Of a stretch of DNA of 64,000 bases, positions 49,598 to 61,520 are shown piece after piece; position 1 is the first letter of the stretch, and the number at the start of each line of letters is the position of its first letter. Below the pieces are notes generated by a model. It searched no databases, had not been told where the DNA came from, and saw only the letters and a program-made list of their open reading frames with translations. Source of the DNA: Betaproteobacteria bacterium. Lineage in GTDB: Bacteria; Pseudomonadota; Gammaproteobacteria; Burkholderiales; SG8-41. The position numbers were made by a program, and so were the translations under genes. The DNA is taken from the NCBI GenBank assembly GCA_016192825.1, contig JACPTK010000025.1:3912-67911 (forward strand), in the 5' to 3' direction.

Positions 49598-49866
49598 TTA
49601 AGGCACGGCGCGGACTGAATCTCTGCCTCTGATCCAAACCCCAGCGAATGTCTGTCCCTCTAAAACCGCTACCGTGCCAGTCTCGTTTAGTTGCAGGCCT
49701 TCACTGCTCACATGGACGACAAGATCCTGGTGGCCATCTCCGTTGACATCCTCGAATGACGCCATCGGCGTCCCCTTTCCCTTTAGTTTGACTGGAGCGC
49801 CACCCAGGGTGACAGTTCTGGAGTCCACGGTCCTTGCATCGAAACTTCGGGTGGTTAAGATAGAAG
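49598..49866 (-). pseudogene. Orphan duplicate of the C-terminal domain of the preceding gene
   Basis: 'ILTTRSFDARTVDSRTVTLGGAPVKLKGKGTPMASFEDVNGDGHQDLVVHVSSEGLQL...' matches 48062..48330. The 148-nt core at 49707-49854 is nearly identical to 48171-48318. Confidence 0.6.
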
Positions 49867-50164
49867 GAAAATCAATCCGGCAGTACGCGCGCCGCGCCGA
49901 TCCGGTGGCAGGGCTGCGAGGGCGCACGCAGCGTGCGCATAATCGGTCTTATGTTCATGCGGGCTCTTCCTCCCCGGCAGACGACCGCGATCCGGGCGGG
50001 TCGTGAGCGGTATCAGCGGTCGATTACCGAGCAATCTATTCCAACTGCGGGACCACAGCAAGCGCTCTACCAACTCCCGGCTAACCGGGAAAATTGGCAA
50101 TGCCCACCTCCAGGATTCGGATTGAGTAGAATCCACATGACTTGCCGGCTTCAGATTCCCTCTA

Positions 50165-50194
50165 AGCCTGTCGGACTTGGCATTCCGACAGGCT
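50165..50194. repeat. REP-like hairpin (TGTCGGA...TCCGACA family)
   Basis: It reads AGCCTGTCGGA-CTTGGCAT-TCCGACAGGCT. Confidence 0.7.
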
Positions 50195-50219
50195 GCTCAC
50201 AGTTCAGACCTCAACCCTA

Positions 50220-51068
50220 ATGTTCACCACCCTTATCTCCGTGTCCGACCTGGGGCCATGCCTCGACGACGCCCGCTGGGTCGTCTGCGACTGCCGCCAT
50301 GACCTGGTGGATACCGAGGCAGGCCGCCGCGCCTACCGGGAGTCTCATATTCCCGGCGCGCGCTTCGTGCACCTCGACGAAGACCTTTCCGCGCCCAAGA
50401 CCGGGAAAAACGGTCGCCATCCGCTGCCGGACCCGGACCGCTTCGCCCGGCGTCTTGGAGAGCTGGGCATCTCCAATGCGTCACAAGTTGTCGCCTACGA
50501 TGCGAGCGGCGGCTATTACGCCGCCCGGCTGTGGTGGATGCTGCGCTGGATGGGCCACGACGCCGTGGCAATCCTGGATGGCGGCTGGAATGCCTGGACC
50601 ATAGCCGGGTTAGCCGCGACAGCAGCAGTAACCCATATTAAGCCGGCGCGGTTCGTGCGTGGCGCGGCGCGGGTGGACAGTGTCACTGCGGAAGAGATCG
50701 TGCGTGATTCCGCGACAACGCAGCGCCGGCTTCTGGACGCCCGGGCACCGAACCGCTTTCGCGGCGAGAACGAGACGCTCGACCCGGTCGCCGGCCACAT
50801 TCCCGGCGCGGTGAACCGCTTTTTCCAGCTCAATCTCAATTCGGCCGGGGGTTTCAAGTCCCCACCCGAATTGAAGCGGGAATTTGCAGCGACGCTTGGC
50901 TCGACGACGCCTCCGGACGTGATTCATTACTGCGGGAGCGGCGTCACGGCCTGCCACAACCTGCTCGCGATGGAGATCGCGGGCCTGGCCGGTTCGCGGC
51001 TTTACCCGGGCTCTTGGAGCGAGTGGTGCTCGGATTCTTCACGGCCCGTGGCAATCGGCACGGAATAG
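50220..51068 (+). CDS. sseA: 3-mercaptopyruvate/thiosulfate sulfurtransferase (tandem rhodanese domains)
   Basis: 282-aa ORF with the active-site loop 'HYCGSGVTAC', plus 'RLWWMLRWMGH' and 'GHIPGAVN'. Confidence 0.85.
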   Translation: MFTTLISVSDLGPCLDDARWVVCDCRHDLVDTEAGRRAYRESHIPGARFVHLDEDLSAPKTGKNGRHPLPDPDRFARRLGELGISNASQVVAYDASGGYYAARLWWMLRWMGHDAVAILDGGWNAWTIAGLAATAAVTHIKPARFVRGAARVDSVTAEEIVRDSATTQRRLLDARAPNRFRGENETLDPVAGHIPGAVNRFFQLNLNSAGGFKSPPELKREFAATLGSTTPPDVIHYCGSGVTACHNLLAMEIAGLAGSRLYPGSWSEWCSDSSRPVAIGTE

Positions 51069-51090
51069 CCGCGGGCGGAACGCGCCGGGG

Positions 51091-51135
51091 TCATCCCTCA
51101 TCCCTCATCCCTCATCCCTCATCCCTCATCCCTCA
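51091..51135. repeat. Heptamer tandem repeat (TCATCCC x ~6.4)
   Basis: Read directly. It ends at the GTG start of the next gene. Confidence 0.85.
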
Positions 51136-51513
51136 GTGAACGCCCTCCTCGCCGACCTCATCCTGATCGTCCACTTTGGCTTCGTGTTATTCGTGGTGGG
51201 CGGGCTCGCGTTGATCTGGATCGGGGCGGCCGCGGGGTGGGCCTGGGTGCGCAACTTCTGGTTCCGAATCGCGCACCTCGCTGCCATCGTCTTTGTCGCG
51301 AGCGAAGCGCTCTTGGGCATCTGGTGTCCGCTGACGCTGTGGGAAGCGCGCCTGCGCGGCGTTGAAGCCGAGAAAAGCTTTATTGCGCAGTGGATCCACC
51401 ACATCCTGTTCTACGACTTCCCGGAATGGGTTTTCACGATCGCCTACGCCCTGTTCGCGCTGTTCGTCGCGGCGACGTGGTGGTGGATACGTCCAAAGAA
51501 AAGGGGCGCATAG
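51136..51513 (+). CDS. DUF2784-like small membrane protein
   Basis: 125-aa ORF with 4 predicted TM helices and 'LGIWCPLTLWE'. It has a GTG start. Confidence 0.55.
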   Translation: MNALLADLILIVHFGFVLFVVGGLALIWIGAAAGWAWVRNFWFRIAHLAAIVFVASEALLGIWCPLTLWEARLRGVEAEKSFIAQWIHHILFYDFPEWVFTIAYALFALFVAATWWWIRPKKRGA

Positions 51514-51529
51514 CGCGCCCCTCGAGATT

Positions 51530-51597
51530 CAGCTACGAGCTACCCGCTACGAGCTATCAGCTACCAGCTATCAGCTACCAGCTACCAGCTACCAGCA
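51530..51597. repeat. Heptamer tandem repeat (AGCTAYC/G x ~9.5)
   Basis: It reads agctacg agctacc cgctacg agctatc agctacc agctatc agctacc agctacc agctacc. Confidence 0.85.
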
Positions 51598-51620
51598 TTA
51601 GACGCAGGCAATCGGTGCAC

Positions 51621-51662
51621 GCTGACGGCTGGCAGCTGGCGGCTGAAAGCTGATCGCTGCGT
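51621..51662. repeat. Heptamer tandem repeat (GCTGNNN x6)
   Basis: It reads gctgacg gctggca gctggcg gctgaaa gctgatc gctgcgt. It abuts the fccB stop codon. Confidence 0.7.
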
Positions 51663-52948
51663 CAGCCGAGCATGTCCGCCCAGAGGTTGTCAGCCCAGGC
51701 TTGGGTGTACGCGAACTCCAGGGCATTGCGCTCTTTCGAAATGCCCCCGGCGCCTTTGACTGGCACCAGCGTCTTTTGCGCCTTGTCGTACTTGTGCACC
51801 GAAGCGACGTGTATCGCTTCCTTGTCGGAGACCAGGCTGTAGCAGGTGTTGGAGATGATCGGCTCTTCGTTCACCGGCCGGCCGGTAAGCAGCGCGATCA
51901 CCGCGTCGGCGCAGATCTTGCCGTGCTGGTTGGCCATGTGTCCGGACTTCGGCATCCCTGGGGCCGAGAAGGTCGAGTCTCCGAGAACGTGGACGTTCTT
52001 GTGCACTGTCGACTCCATCGTCCTCCAGTCGATCCCGCACCACCGATTATTGATATTGACGAGGCCGATCCGATGCGCGATTTCGCCCGCCTTCTGCGGC
52101 GGCGCCACGTTGAGCACATCGGCCTTGACGTCCCCTCCGAGAAGCTTGACCGTGAGGCTCTTCGCGTCCACATCCACTAACTCGCTGTTGGGACGATACT
52201 CGATCATGCCGGGATAGATTTCGTTCCACGCCTTGGTGAAAAGCGGCTTCTTGGACTGGATGTCCTGGTTGGCGTCGAGGATCAGGATCTTGGACCTGGG
52301 CTTCGCCTGCTTGAAATAGTGGGCCACCATGGACGCCCGCTCGTACGGCCCAGGCGGGCAGCGGTAGGGAGCAACCGGAATCCAGATCGCGTAAACCCCA
52401 CCATTGCGCATCGCTTCGAGCTGCCTGCGCAGGGCCGCGGTCTGCGGTCCCGCCTTCCACGCATGAGGCACTCTCTCCTGCGCGGCGGGGTTCTTCAGGC
52501 CCGGAATTCCCTCATACATGAAATCAATGCCGGGAGACACGATCAGCCGGTCGTAGCCAAGCGTGCCTCCGCTCGCGAGCCGCACCTGGCGCTTTCCCGG
52601 ATCCACGGCCGTGACATCGTCGCGGACCATCTTGACGCCCCAGCGCTTCATGAGGTTGTCGTAGCTGAAGGTGACGTCGCCCATCGTCTTGATCCCGCCG
52701 ATCACCCAGTTCGAGATCGGGCAGGAGATGAAAGTAGGATTCCGCTCCACCACCGTGACTTCGATCTCCGGCGCCCACTTGCGGATGTACTTGCCGGCCG
52801 TGCAGCCGCCCCAGCCTCCGCCGATGACCACGACACGCGCGCCCGCGCCCGCACCCGGGGCGGCACAGCCGTAGAGAGACGACGCTCCCACCGCGGCACC
52901 GGCCGCAGCGAGTCGCTTCATGAATTCGCGCCTGTTCAGTGAGGACAT
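51662..52948 (-). CDS. fccB: Flavocytochrome c sulfide dehydrogenase, flavoprotein subunit
   Basis: The Tat leader is 'NRREFMKRLAAAGAA'. It has the FAD fold 'VVVIGGGWGGCTAGKY' and 'VHVLGDS'. Confidence 0.88.
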   Translation of the reverse strand: MSSLNRREFMKRLAAAGAAVGASSLYGCAAPGAGAGARVVVIGGGWGGCTAGKYIRKWAPEIEVTVVERNPTFISCPISNWVIGGIKTMGDVTFSYDNLMKRWGVKMVRDDVTAVDPGKRQVRLASGGTLGYDRLIVSPGIDFMYEGIPGLKNPAAQERVPHAWKAGPQTAALRRQLEAMRNGGVYAIWIPVAPYRCPPGPYERASMVAHYFKQAKPRSKILILDANQDIQSKKPLFTKAWNEIYPGMIEYRPNSELVDVDAKSLTVKLLGGDVKADVLNVAPPQKAGEIAHRIGLVNINNRWCGIDWRTMESTVHKNVHVLGDSTFSAPGMPKSGHMANQHGKICADAVIALLTGRPVNEEPIISNTCYSLVSDKEAIHVASVHKYDKAQKTLVPVKGAGGISKERNALEFAYTQAWADNLWADMLG

Positions 52949-52993
52949 GTGTGATCTCCTCTTTCGATATTGCGTAAATGGAAAGCGGCGCGT

Positions 52994-53311
52994 CTAGCGC
53001 GACACCTTCGAGAAATAGTCGGCGATGCGCTCGAGTTCCGCATCGGTGTAGCCCTTGGCGTGCTGGTGCATGATCGTCGCCGAACGTTTGCCCGACTTGA
53101 AGTCCTGCATGGCCCGCAGAAGGTCCGCTTTGGGCCTGCCAGCAAGCGGCGGCACGGCCCCCGTGCTCCGGCCATCGGTGCCGTGGCAAGCAGCACAGCT
53201 CGCGGCCCAGGCGCGGGCCTGAACGTCCTGCGCCGCGACAGGGACGGCAACCGTCGCCGCCAGCGCGAGCCCGGCGCACCACGCGCCGGTTCTGGGAATA
53301 GCTGATCTCAT
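52994..53311 (-). CDS. fccA: Cytochrome c subunit associated with sulfide dehydrogenase (FccA/SoxE-like, monohaem)
   Basis: It has a signal peptide, 'CAACHGTDG' and 'MHQHAKGYTDAELERIADYF'. It lies directly upstream of fccB. Confidence 0.75.
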   Translation of the reverse strand: MRSAIPRTGAWCAGLALAATVAVPVAAQDVQARAWAASCAACHGTDGRSTGAVPPLAGRPKADLLRAMQDFKSGKRSATIMHQHAKGYTDAELERIADYFSKVSR

Positions 53312-53512
53312 GGCGTCCTCCTGGTGGGAAAAGTCGCCGGCACGCCCCAACACGCCGGCTCTGGGGTCAGGGGTTATCCCCCTTGCATAAGTGTGTGACC
53401 CGGCGTGGTCCACGTCAAGCCACGCGCACACCCTGGGAATGATCCGGGTCAACAATAACAAACGCCCCGGTCCTGGCGGATACCGAGGCGGGTGCCGGGC
53501 GGGGGCGGCCGC

Positions 53513-55768
<2,256 letters not shown>

Positions 55769-55769
55769 G

Positions 55770-56078
55770 TCACATCTCTTCCATCACACACTGTAACGGA
55801 TGTTGGTGCTGTTTGGCGTACGATTTTACCTGCTCCACCTTGCTCGCGGCGACGTCCCGCGGGTAAATGCCGCATACGCCCATGCCTTCCCGGTGCACCT
55901 TGAGCATGATCTGCGTGGCCTTTTCGCGGCTCAGCGCGAAGAATTTCTGCAGCACGGCGACGACAAAATCCATCGGCGTGTAATCATCGTTCAGCAGCAG
56001 CACCTTGAACATCGGCGGCGGCTCGACCTTGGCTTTTTTCGCCTCAAGGACGGTGTCTTCGCGCTGCCGAGTCGCCAT
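55770..56078 (-). CDS. clpS: ATP-dependent Clp protease adaptor ClpS
   Basis: '[27 protein letters not shown]...[17 protein letters not shown]'. Confidence 0.93.
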   Translation of the reverse strand: MATRQREDTVLEAKKAKVEPPPMFKVLLLNDDYTPMDFVVAVLQKFFALSREKATQIMLKVHREGMGVCGIYPRDVAASKVEQVKSYAKQHQHPLQCVMEEM

Positions 56079-56173
56079 GCCGAAACCGCCGTTAATTCCG
56101 CGCTCTGATTGATATTTTCACCATAATACGGAATTTTTCAAGTAGCTGCCGTGACTTGCGCCACGCGCTATAC

Positions 56174-56202
56174 TTGACTTCCCCCCGCAAATGCCCTAGA
56201 AA
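56174..56202 (+). promoter_or_regulatory. Candidate sigma-70 promoter of the cold-shock gene
   Basis: TTGACT, a 17-nt spacer, then TAGAAA. This leaves a ~115-nt leader, as is usual for csp genes. Confidence 0.4.
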
Positions 56203-56317
56203 GCGGGTGGGTGTTTGGCTTCAAGCGTGTTCGCTGTACCGGTTTCACCCGTACGCGATCTTGAAACTCAAACAGCGTGCGGGCGCCCCGCCCGCGTATT
56301 TCCAGCAGAGGTAGGGT

Positions 56318-56524
56318 ATGGCAACCGGTACGGTGAAGTGGTTCAACGACGCCAAGGGTTACGGGTTCATCACCCCGGACGACGGCAGCGAGGACTTGTT
56401 CGCGCATTTCTCGGCGATCCAGATGAGCGGCTTCAAGACCCTCAAGGAAGGCCAGAAGGTGTCGTTCGAGGTAACCCAGGGCCCCAAGGGCAAGCAGGCC
56501 TCGAACATCCAGGCCAGTTCCTGA
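56318..56524 (+). CDS. Cold-shock (CspA-family) protein
   Basis: '[31 protein letters not shown]' carries the RNP1/RNP2 motifs. Confidence 0.95.
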   Translation: MATGTVKWFNDAKGYGFITPDDGSEDLFAHFSAIQMSGFKTLKEGQKVSFEVTQGPKGKQASNIQASS

Positions 56525-56561
56525 TCCCCGGCCGGCCCCGGCCGGCACCCCGCAGACAATA

Positions 56562-56604
56562 GAAAAGCCCGCGCGACCCCGAGGTGGCGTGGGCTTTGTC
56601 CTTT
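56562..56604. terminator. Bidirectional intrinsic terminator between convergent genes
   Basis: The stem is AGCCCGCG...CGTGGGCT. It is flanked by an A-run upstream and TTTGTCCTTT downstream. Confidence 0.45.
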
Positions 56605-56655
56605 GGGACGCGGCGTCCCGCGTCCCGTCCCGGCGCCCGGGCGGCACGGTCGCGA

Positions 56656-58035
56656 CTACTTGCTGCCCCAGGGCTTGATCGCTTCCTTGAGCTTGTTGTA
56701 CCCGTCAAGGTAGCGGGGACGCTTGCCGCTGCCGTAGATCTTGTCGAAGGTCGCGAGCTGCGCGTCCAGCCAGCGGGCGAGTTCGGCATTGCCCGGATTC
56801 GCGGCCTTGTAAGCGTCGTTGATCAGCACGAAGTGGATGCGCGGATCGTAGGGCTGCTTTTCGCCGCCGACCGTCTCGTCTCCGGCCAGCAGGCGCAGGA
56901 GCATCGCGTCGGCCGAGCCCAGCGTCTGCTCGAAGATCGGCTCGCCTTCCATGCGGTACATGACGCTGGTCATGTCCTTGCCGTTGGTCATGGTGAAGCC
57001 CATCTCCTTCCAGACCTTGTTCATGTCGGCGCCCGTCTTGGCGTGGTCGAGGATTTTCTGCCCCCACCCGCGCAGCACGTCGGGCGCGTCGGCCATGAGG
57101 TCGGTCAGCCGGTCGCCGTCGAGGTCCGTTGCGTAGACGATCGCCTTGCGCTGCTGATACATGTCATGCAGCAGAATGCCGAAATTGGTGTCGGAGATAT
57201 GCTCGTGGATCTCTCCACCCCAGTTCTCCATGCCGGCCTTGAAGTCCTTGGGCAGCAGGGCGACGATCGCATCGACGTTCGCCTTGTGCTCGGCGTAGGC
57301 GTCAACAGCGTAGCGCCGCTTGAGCTCGAACTTCGTGCCCTGCAACAGCCAGCGCAGGATCCCGGCGTTGACGGCGTCTTCCTGCGCCTGGGTCGGCTTG
57401 GTGGCGACTCGCCCGATCTGCCTGGTTTCGTGCACCATCTTCAGGAACAGGCGCACGGCGTACGCCATCCGCACCCCGGGGGTGTTCATCTCGGAGTGGA
57501 TGTTGCCGGTATCGCGATCGACCCGGAACTTCTTGCCGTCCTGCGAGTAGGGCAGGCCGGGCATGAACCGCACGCTGGTGATCGTGCCGTAGGGACGGAC
57601 GTTGCAGTAGACCCCGGCAGCGGTGCGCAGCGGCGCGTTGGCGGACTTGCCCATCACGACGACCTTCCTGCCGTTGTCGTTCACCATCGCATCGCCGGCG
57701 GTGGACCACTTGATGCAGGTGGCGTCGAGCTTGCCGAACCACTCGAGCGGCTTCAGTTTGGTGTCGTGGCGGAACTGCGCCATCATCGGCACGCCGAGAA
57801 ACGGCAGGCCCAGCACGTCCAGCGCCATCAGCGTGCCGTTGAGCGCGAACATGTCCGTCAATGCGTGCGCGACCGGCTTCACGTTGCCGTGGGGGTTTCC
57901 GCCTTCCCAGATAATCGCGTCGGAAATTCCGCGGGGCTGGATCTTGGACCGCTTGTAGATGCTGTCCAGCAGCTTGAACAGATCGCCGCTCTGCTCTTCC
58001 CGTGCGATCTTCAGCAGGTCAAGTCGTTCAGTCAT
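56656..58035 (-). CDS. Conserved protein of unrecognised family (459 aa, cytoplasmic)
   Basis: A long ORF with clean coding composition and no TM segment or signal peptide. I could not assign any motif. Confidence 0.6.
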   Translation of the reverse strand: MTERLDLLKIAREEQSGDLFKLLDSIYKRSKIQPRGISDAIIWEGGNPHGNVKPVAHALTDMFALNGTLMALDVLGLPFLGVPMMAQFRHDTKLKPLEWFGKLDATCIKWSTAGDAMVNDNGRKVVVMGKSANAPLRTAAGVYCNVRPYGTITSVRFMPGLPYSQDGKKFRVDRDTGNIHSEMNTPGVRMAYAVRLFLKMVHETRQIGRVATKPTQAQEDAVNAGILRWLLQGTKFELKRRYAVDAYAEHKANVDAIVALLPKDFKAGMENWGGEIHEHISDTNFGILLHDMYQQRKAIVYATDLDGDRLTDLMADAPDVLRGWGQKILDHAKTGADMNKVWKEMGFTMTNGKDMTSVMYRMEGEPIFEQTLGSADAMLLRLLAGDETVGGEKQPYDPRIHFVLINDAYKAANPGNAELARWLDAQLATFDKIYGSGKRPRYLDGYNKLKEAIKPWGSK

Positions 58036-58487
58036 GGTTCTTTCTTCTCCATTCGTATGGGGTCAGTCCGGCGACGGGATGCGCCGGCAGGCGGCCGGCG
58101 CGCCCCGGAAAAATCCGGCCGCCGCGTGACATGCGTTGCGCCTTGCAGATCCCGTATATCGCGTTCCGCGTTCCTGTTCGTGTCACAAATCGTTCGGACG
58201 CGCCGAGGCGGGGTAAGCGGAGACCGGGGGCCGTCTCACGGAAAGCGAAGGCGCGAATTATAGCAGACGCCCCCGCCGCGCCTCGCCGAGCCGGATCGCG
58301 GCATCGCGGAAGACGACGCCGGTTGTCGCCGAGCCAGGATCTTCGCCGGGGCCGCGCAGCGGATCAGCTGTAGCGCGGCAATTCCCTCTCTCGCCCGCAA
58401 GTCCGCCTCCATTACCGGCCGCGACAGGGTCAAACCGGGCGAGAAATTGTGCTGTTGCATCCATAAAAAAACTTCATATTCCAGCAC

Positions 58488-58515
58488 TTTGTATCTTATT
58501 TTAAGTTGTTATAAT
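58488..58515 (+). promoter_or_regulatory. Candidate promoter of malate synthase in an AT-rich patch
   Basis: A perfect TATAAT lies at 58510-58515, with a weak -35 (TTTGTA) 16 nt upstream. The surrounding ~60 nt are unusually AT-rich. Confidence 0.35.
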
Positions 58516-58606
58516 GCGATGCAGCACGTGCTGCGATATGCAATTTTACAGTATGCAATTGCGTAGCCAGGCGCGCCCCGCCCCGGAACCCTCGAGGAGC
58601 ACGAAC

Positions 58607-60238
<1,632 letters not shown>

Positions 60239-60358
60239 TGATTCCGCCTGCCGCGCGCGGGAAGCCTATGTCCCAGGGCATTGCCGTCTCCCGTGGATGC
60301 GCAGCCGGGCGGAATCATTGACAGAACACGTTGTAAGTAATCGCTCCGGCCCTCGCGG

Positions 60359-60390
60359 AAAAGGCGCGGTTTGCGCCCCGCCTTTTTTGT
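60359..60390 (+). terminator. Intrinsic terminator downstream of aceB
   Basis: A GC-rich stem (AAAAGGCGCGG ... CCCCGCC) is followed by TTTTTTG. Confidence 0.55.
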
Positions 60391-60523
60391 TGTCCGCTCG
60401 CCGTGCAAGCCATGACGTTGCCATAGGGCGTGTTTTGGGCTAGCCTACCCCGGCTCAACAGGGGCTTCCGTCGGCTCCGCCGCCGGGGACGATCAACTAT
60501 CAGCATGAATGGAGGGAGATGAG

Positions 60524-60745
60524 ATGAAGAAGCTGCTCGCTGCAATCGTAGCCGGGATGTTCGCGCTGACCACGGCGACACCGGCGCTCGCCCAGGCCAA
60601 GAAGAAGGATATGACCACCGAGAAAACGGAAACCAAGGCCACGAAGAAAAAGGGCGAGCAAAAGAAGATGACGAAGGGTGAAGGCAAGAAGACCGAGGGC
60701 AAGAAGCTGGCGAAGAAAGGCGCGGGCAAGAAGAAAGAAAAATAA
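60524..60745 (+). CDS. Small secreted lysine-rich protein
   Basis: RBS is GGAGGGAG. The signal peptide is 'MKKLLAAIVAGMFALTTATPALA'. The mature part is low-complexity K/E/T/G-rich. Confidence 0.55.
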   Translation: MKKLLAAIVAGMFALTTATPALAQAKKKDMTTEKTETKATKKKGEQKKMTKGEGKKTEGKKLAKKGAGKKKEK

Positions 60746-60769
60746 CCCGGGCCACGAAACGCATCCGGA

Positions 60770-60800
60770 AAGGGCAGGGTTTCCACCCTGCCCTTTTTGT
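60770..60800 (+). terminator. Intrinsic terminator of the Lys-rich protein gene
   Basis: It reads AAGGGCAGGG-TTTCCA-CCCTGCCCTT followed by TTTGTTT. Confidence 0.75.
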
Positions 60801-60810
60801 TTGCGCGCCT

Positions 60811-60846
60811 AGCAGCCTGTCGCACCTATGGGTCCGTCAGGCTGCT
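60811..60846. repeat. REP-like hairpin (AGCAGCCTG...CAGGCTGCT)
   Basis: It has 9-bp arms. The 5' flank 'tagcagcctgtcg' is shared with 26571, 32195 and 50163. Confidence 0.65.
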
Positions 60847-60847
60847 A

Positions 60848-60881
60848 AGGAGTTTGTCGGGGCCAAGTTCGACAAACTCCT
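60848..60881. repeat. REP-like hairpin (AGGAGTTTGTCG...CGACAAACTCCT)
   Basis: It has 12-bp perfect arms. It is nearly identical to the element at 62727..62764. Confidence 0.75.
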
Positions 60882-60937
60882 AGGCTTGGGCGCGCGCGCG
60901 CCAAGGAATACAATCTCCGCCTTTCCGTGACATCGCC

Positions 60938-61384
60938 ATGTGGAAACCCAGCGTGACCGTCGCGGCCGTGGTCGAGCGCGACGGCCGCTTCCTGCTGGTC
61001 GAGGAGGACACCACGCGCGGGCGGCGCTTCAATCAGCCCGCCGGCCACCTCGACCCGGGTGAATCCCTCGTCGAAGGCGTGGTGCGCGAGACCCTGGAGG
61101 AGACCGCGTACGCCTTCAAGCCAACCGCGCTGCTCGGCGTCTATCAGTACCATTCGGCGGCGGATGACGTGACCTACATCCGCTTCGCCTTCACCGGGGA
61201 GATTACCGCGCACGACGCGGCGCGGGCGCTCGACCACGGAATCGTGCGCGCGGCGTGGCTCACCCCGGACGAAATCCGGCGCGAGTCGGCCCGCCACCGC
61301 TCGCCGCTGGTGCTGCGCTGCGTGGAGGACTACCTCTCCGGCCGGCGCCACCCGCTCGCGGTGCTGCATCACCAGGTTCCTTAG
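60938..61384 (+). CDS. NUDIX hydrolase
   Basis: The Nudix box is 'GHLDPGESLVEGVVRETLEETAY'. Confidence 0.88.
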   Translation: MWKPSVTVAAVVERDGRFLLVEEDTTRGRRFNQPAGHLDPGESLVEGVVRETLEETAYAFKPTALLGVYQYHSAADDVTYIRFAFTGEITAHDAARALDHGIVRAAWLTPDEIRRESARHRSPLVLRCVEDYLSGRRHPLAVLHHQVP

Positions 61385-61422
61385 TACGTGTCTCACAAAT
61401 ACCGCAAGTCAAGATCGGAATA

Positions 61423-61500
61423 GACAGGATTAACAGGATTTACATGATTTACTTCAGTTTCTGATTTTGTTAATCCTGTAAATCCTGTCCATTATTTTTT
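61423..61500 (+). terminator. Long AT-rich hairpin built from ACAGGATTW 9-mers, followed by a T-run
   Basis: The arms are GACAGGATTAACAGGATT and AATCCTGTAAATCCTGTC (17 of 18 positions pair). The hairpin is followed by CATTATTTTTTT. It lies between the NUDIX gene and mnmA. Confidence 0.45.
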
Positions 61501-61520
61501 TGAGACGAGTTATAGCGACC

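Larger units (their letters stand above)
47956..50160. other. Low-GC insertion (putative horizontally acquired segment) without recognisable mobility genes
   Basis: Base composition is visibly lower than the flanks (roughly 50% versus 65% G+C by eye). It is bounded by the truncated and the intact sulfurtransferase 5' regions. Confidence 0.6.

Noticed and set aside
50040-50100. A tRNA-like 'AGTTGGTAGAGCGC' D-loop-type motif (minus strand) at the right edge of the low-GC insertion.
   Set aside because: I could not fold an acceptor stem, anticodon arm or T arm around it. At best it is a highly degraded tRNA fragment.
56584-58263. A 559-aa plus-strand ORF.
   Set aside because: It is antisense to the 459-aa gene at 56656..58035. 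That gene has normal amino-acid composition, whereas this frame is Arg/Gly/Val/His-rich.
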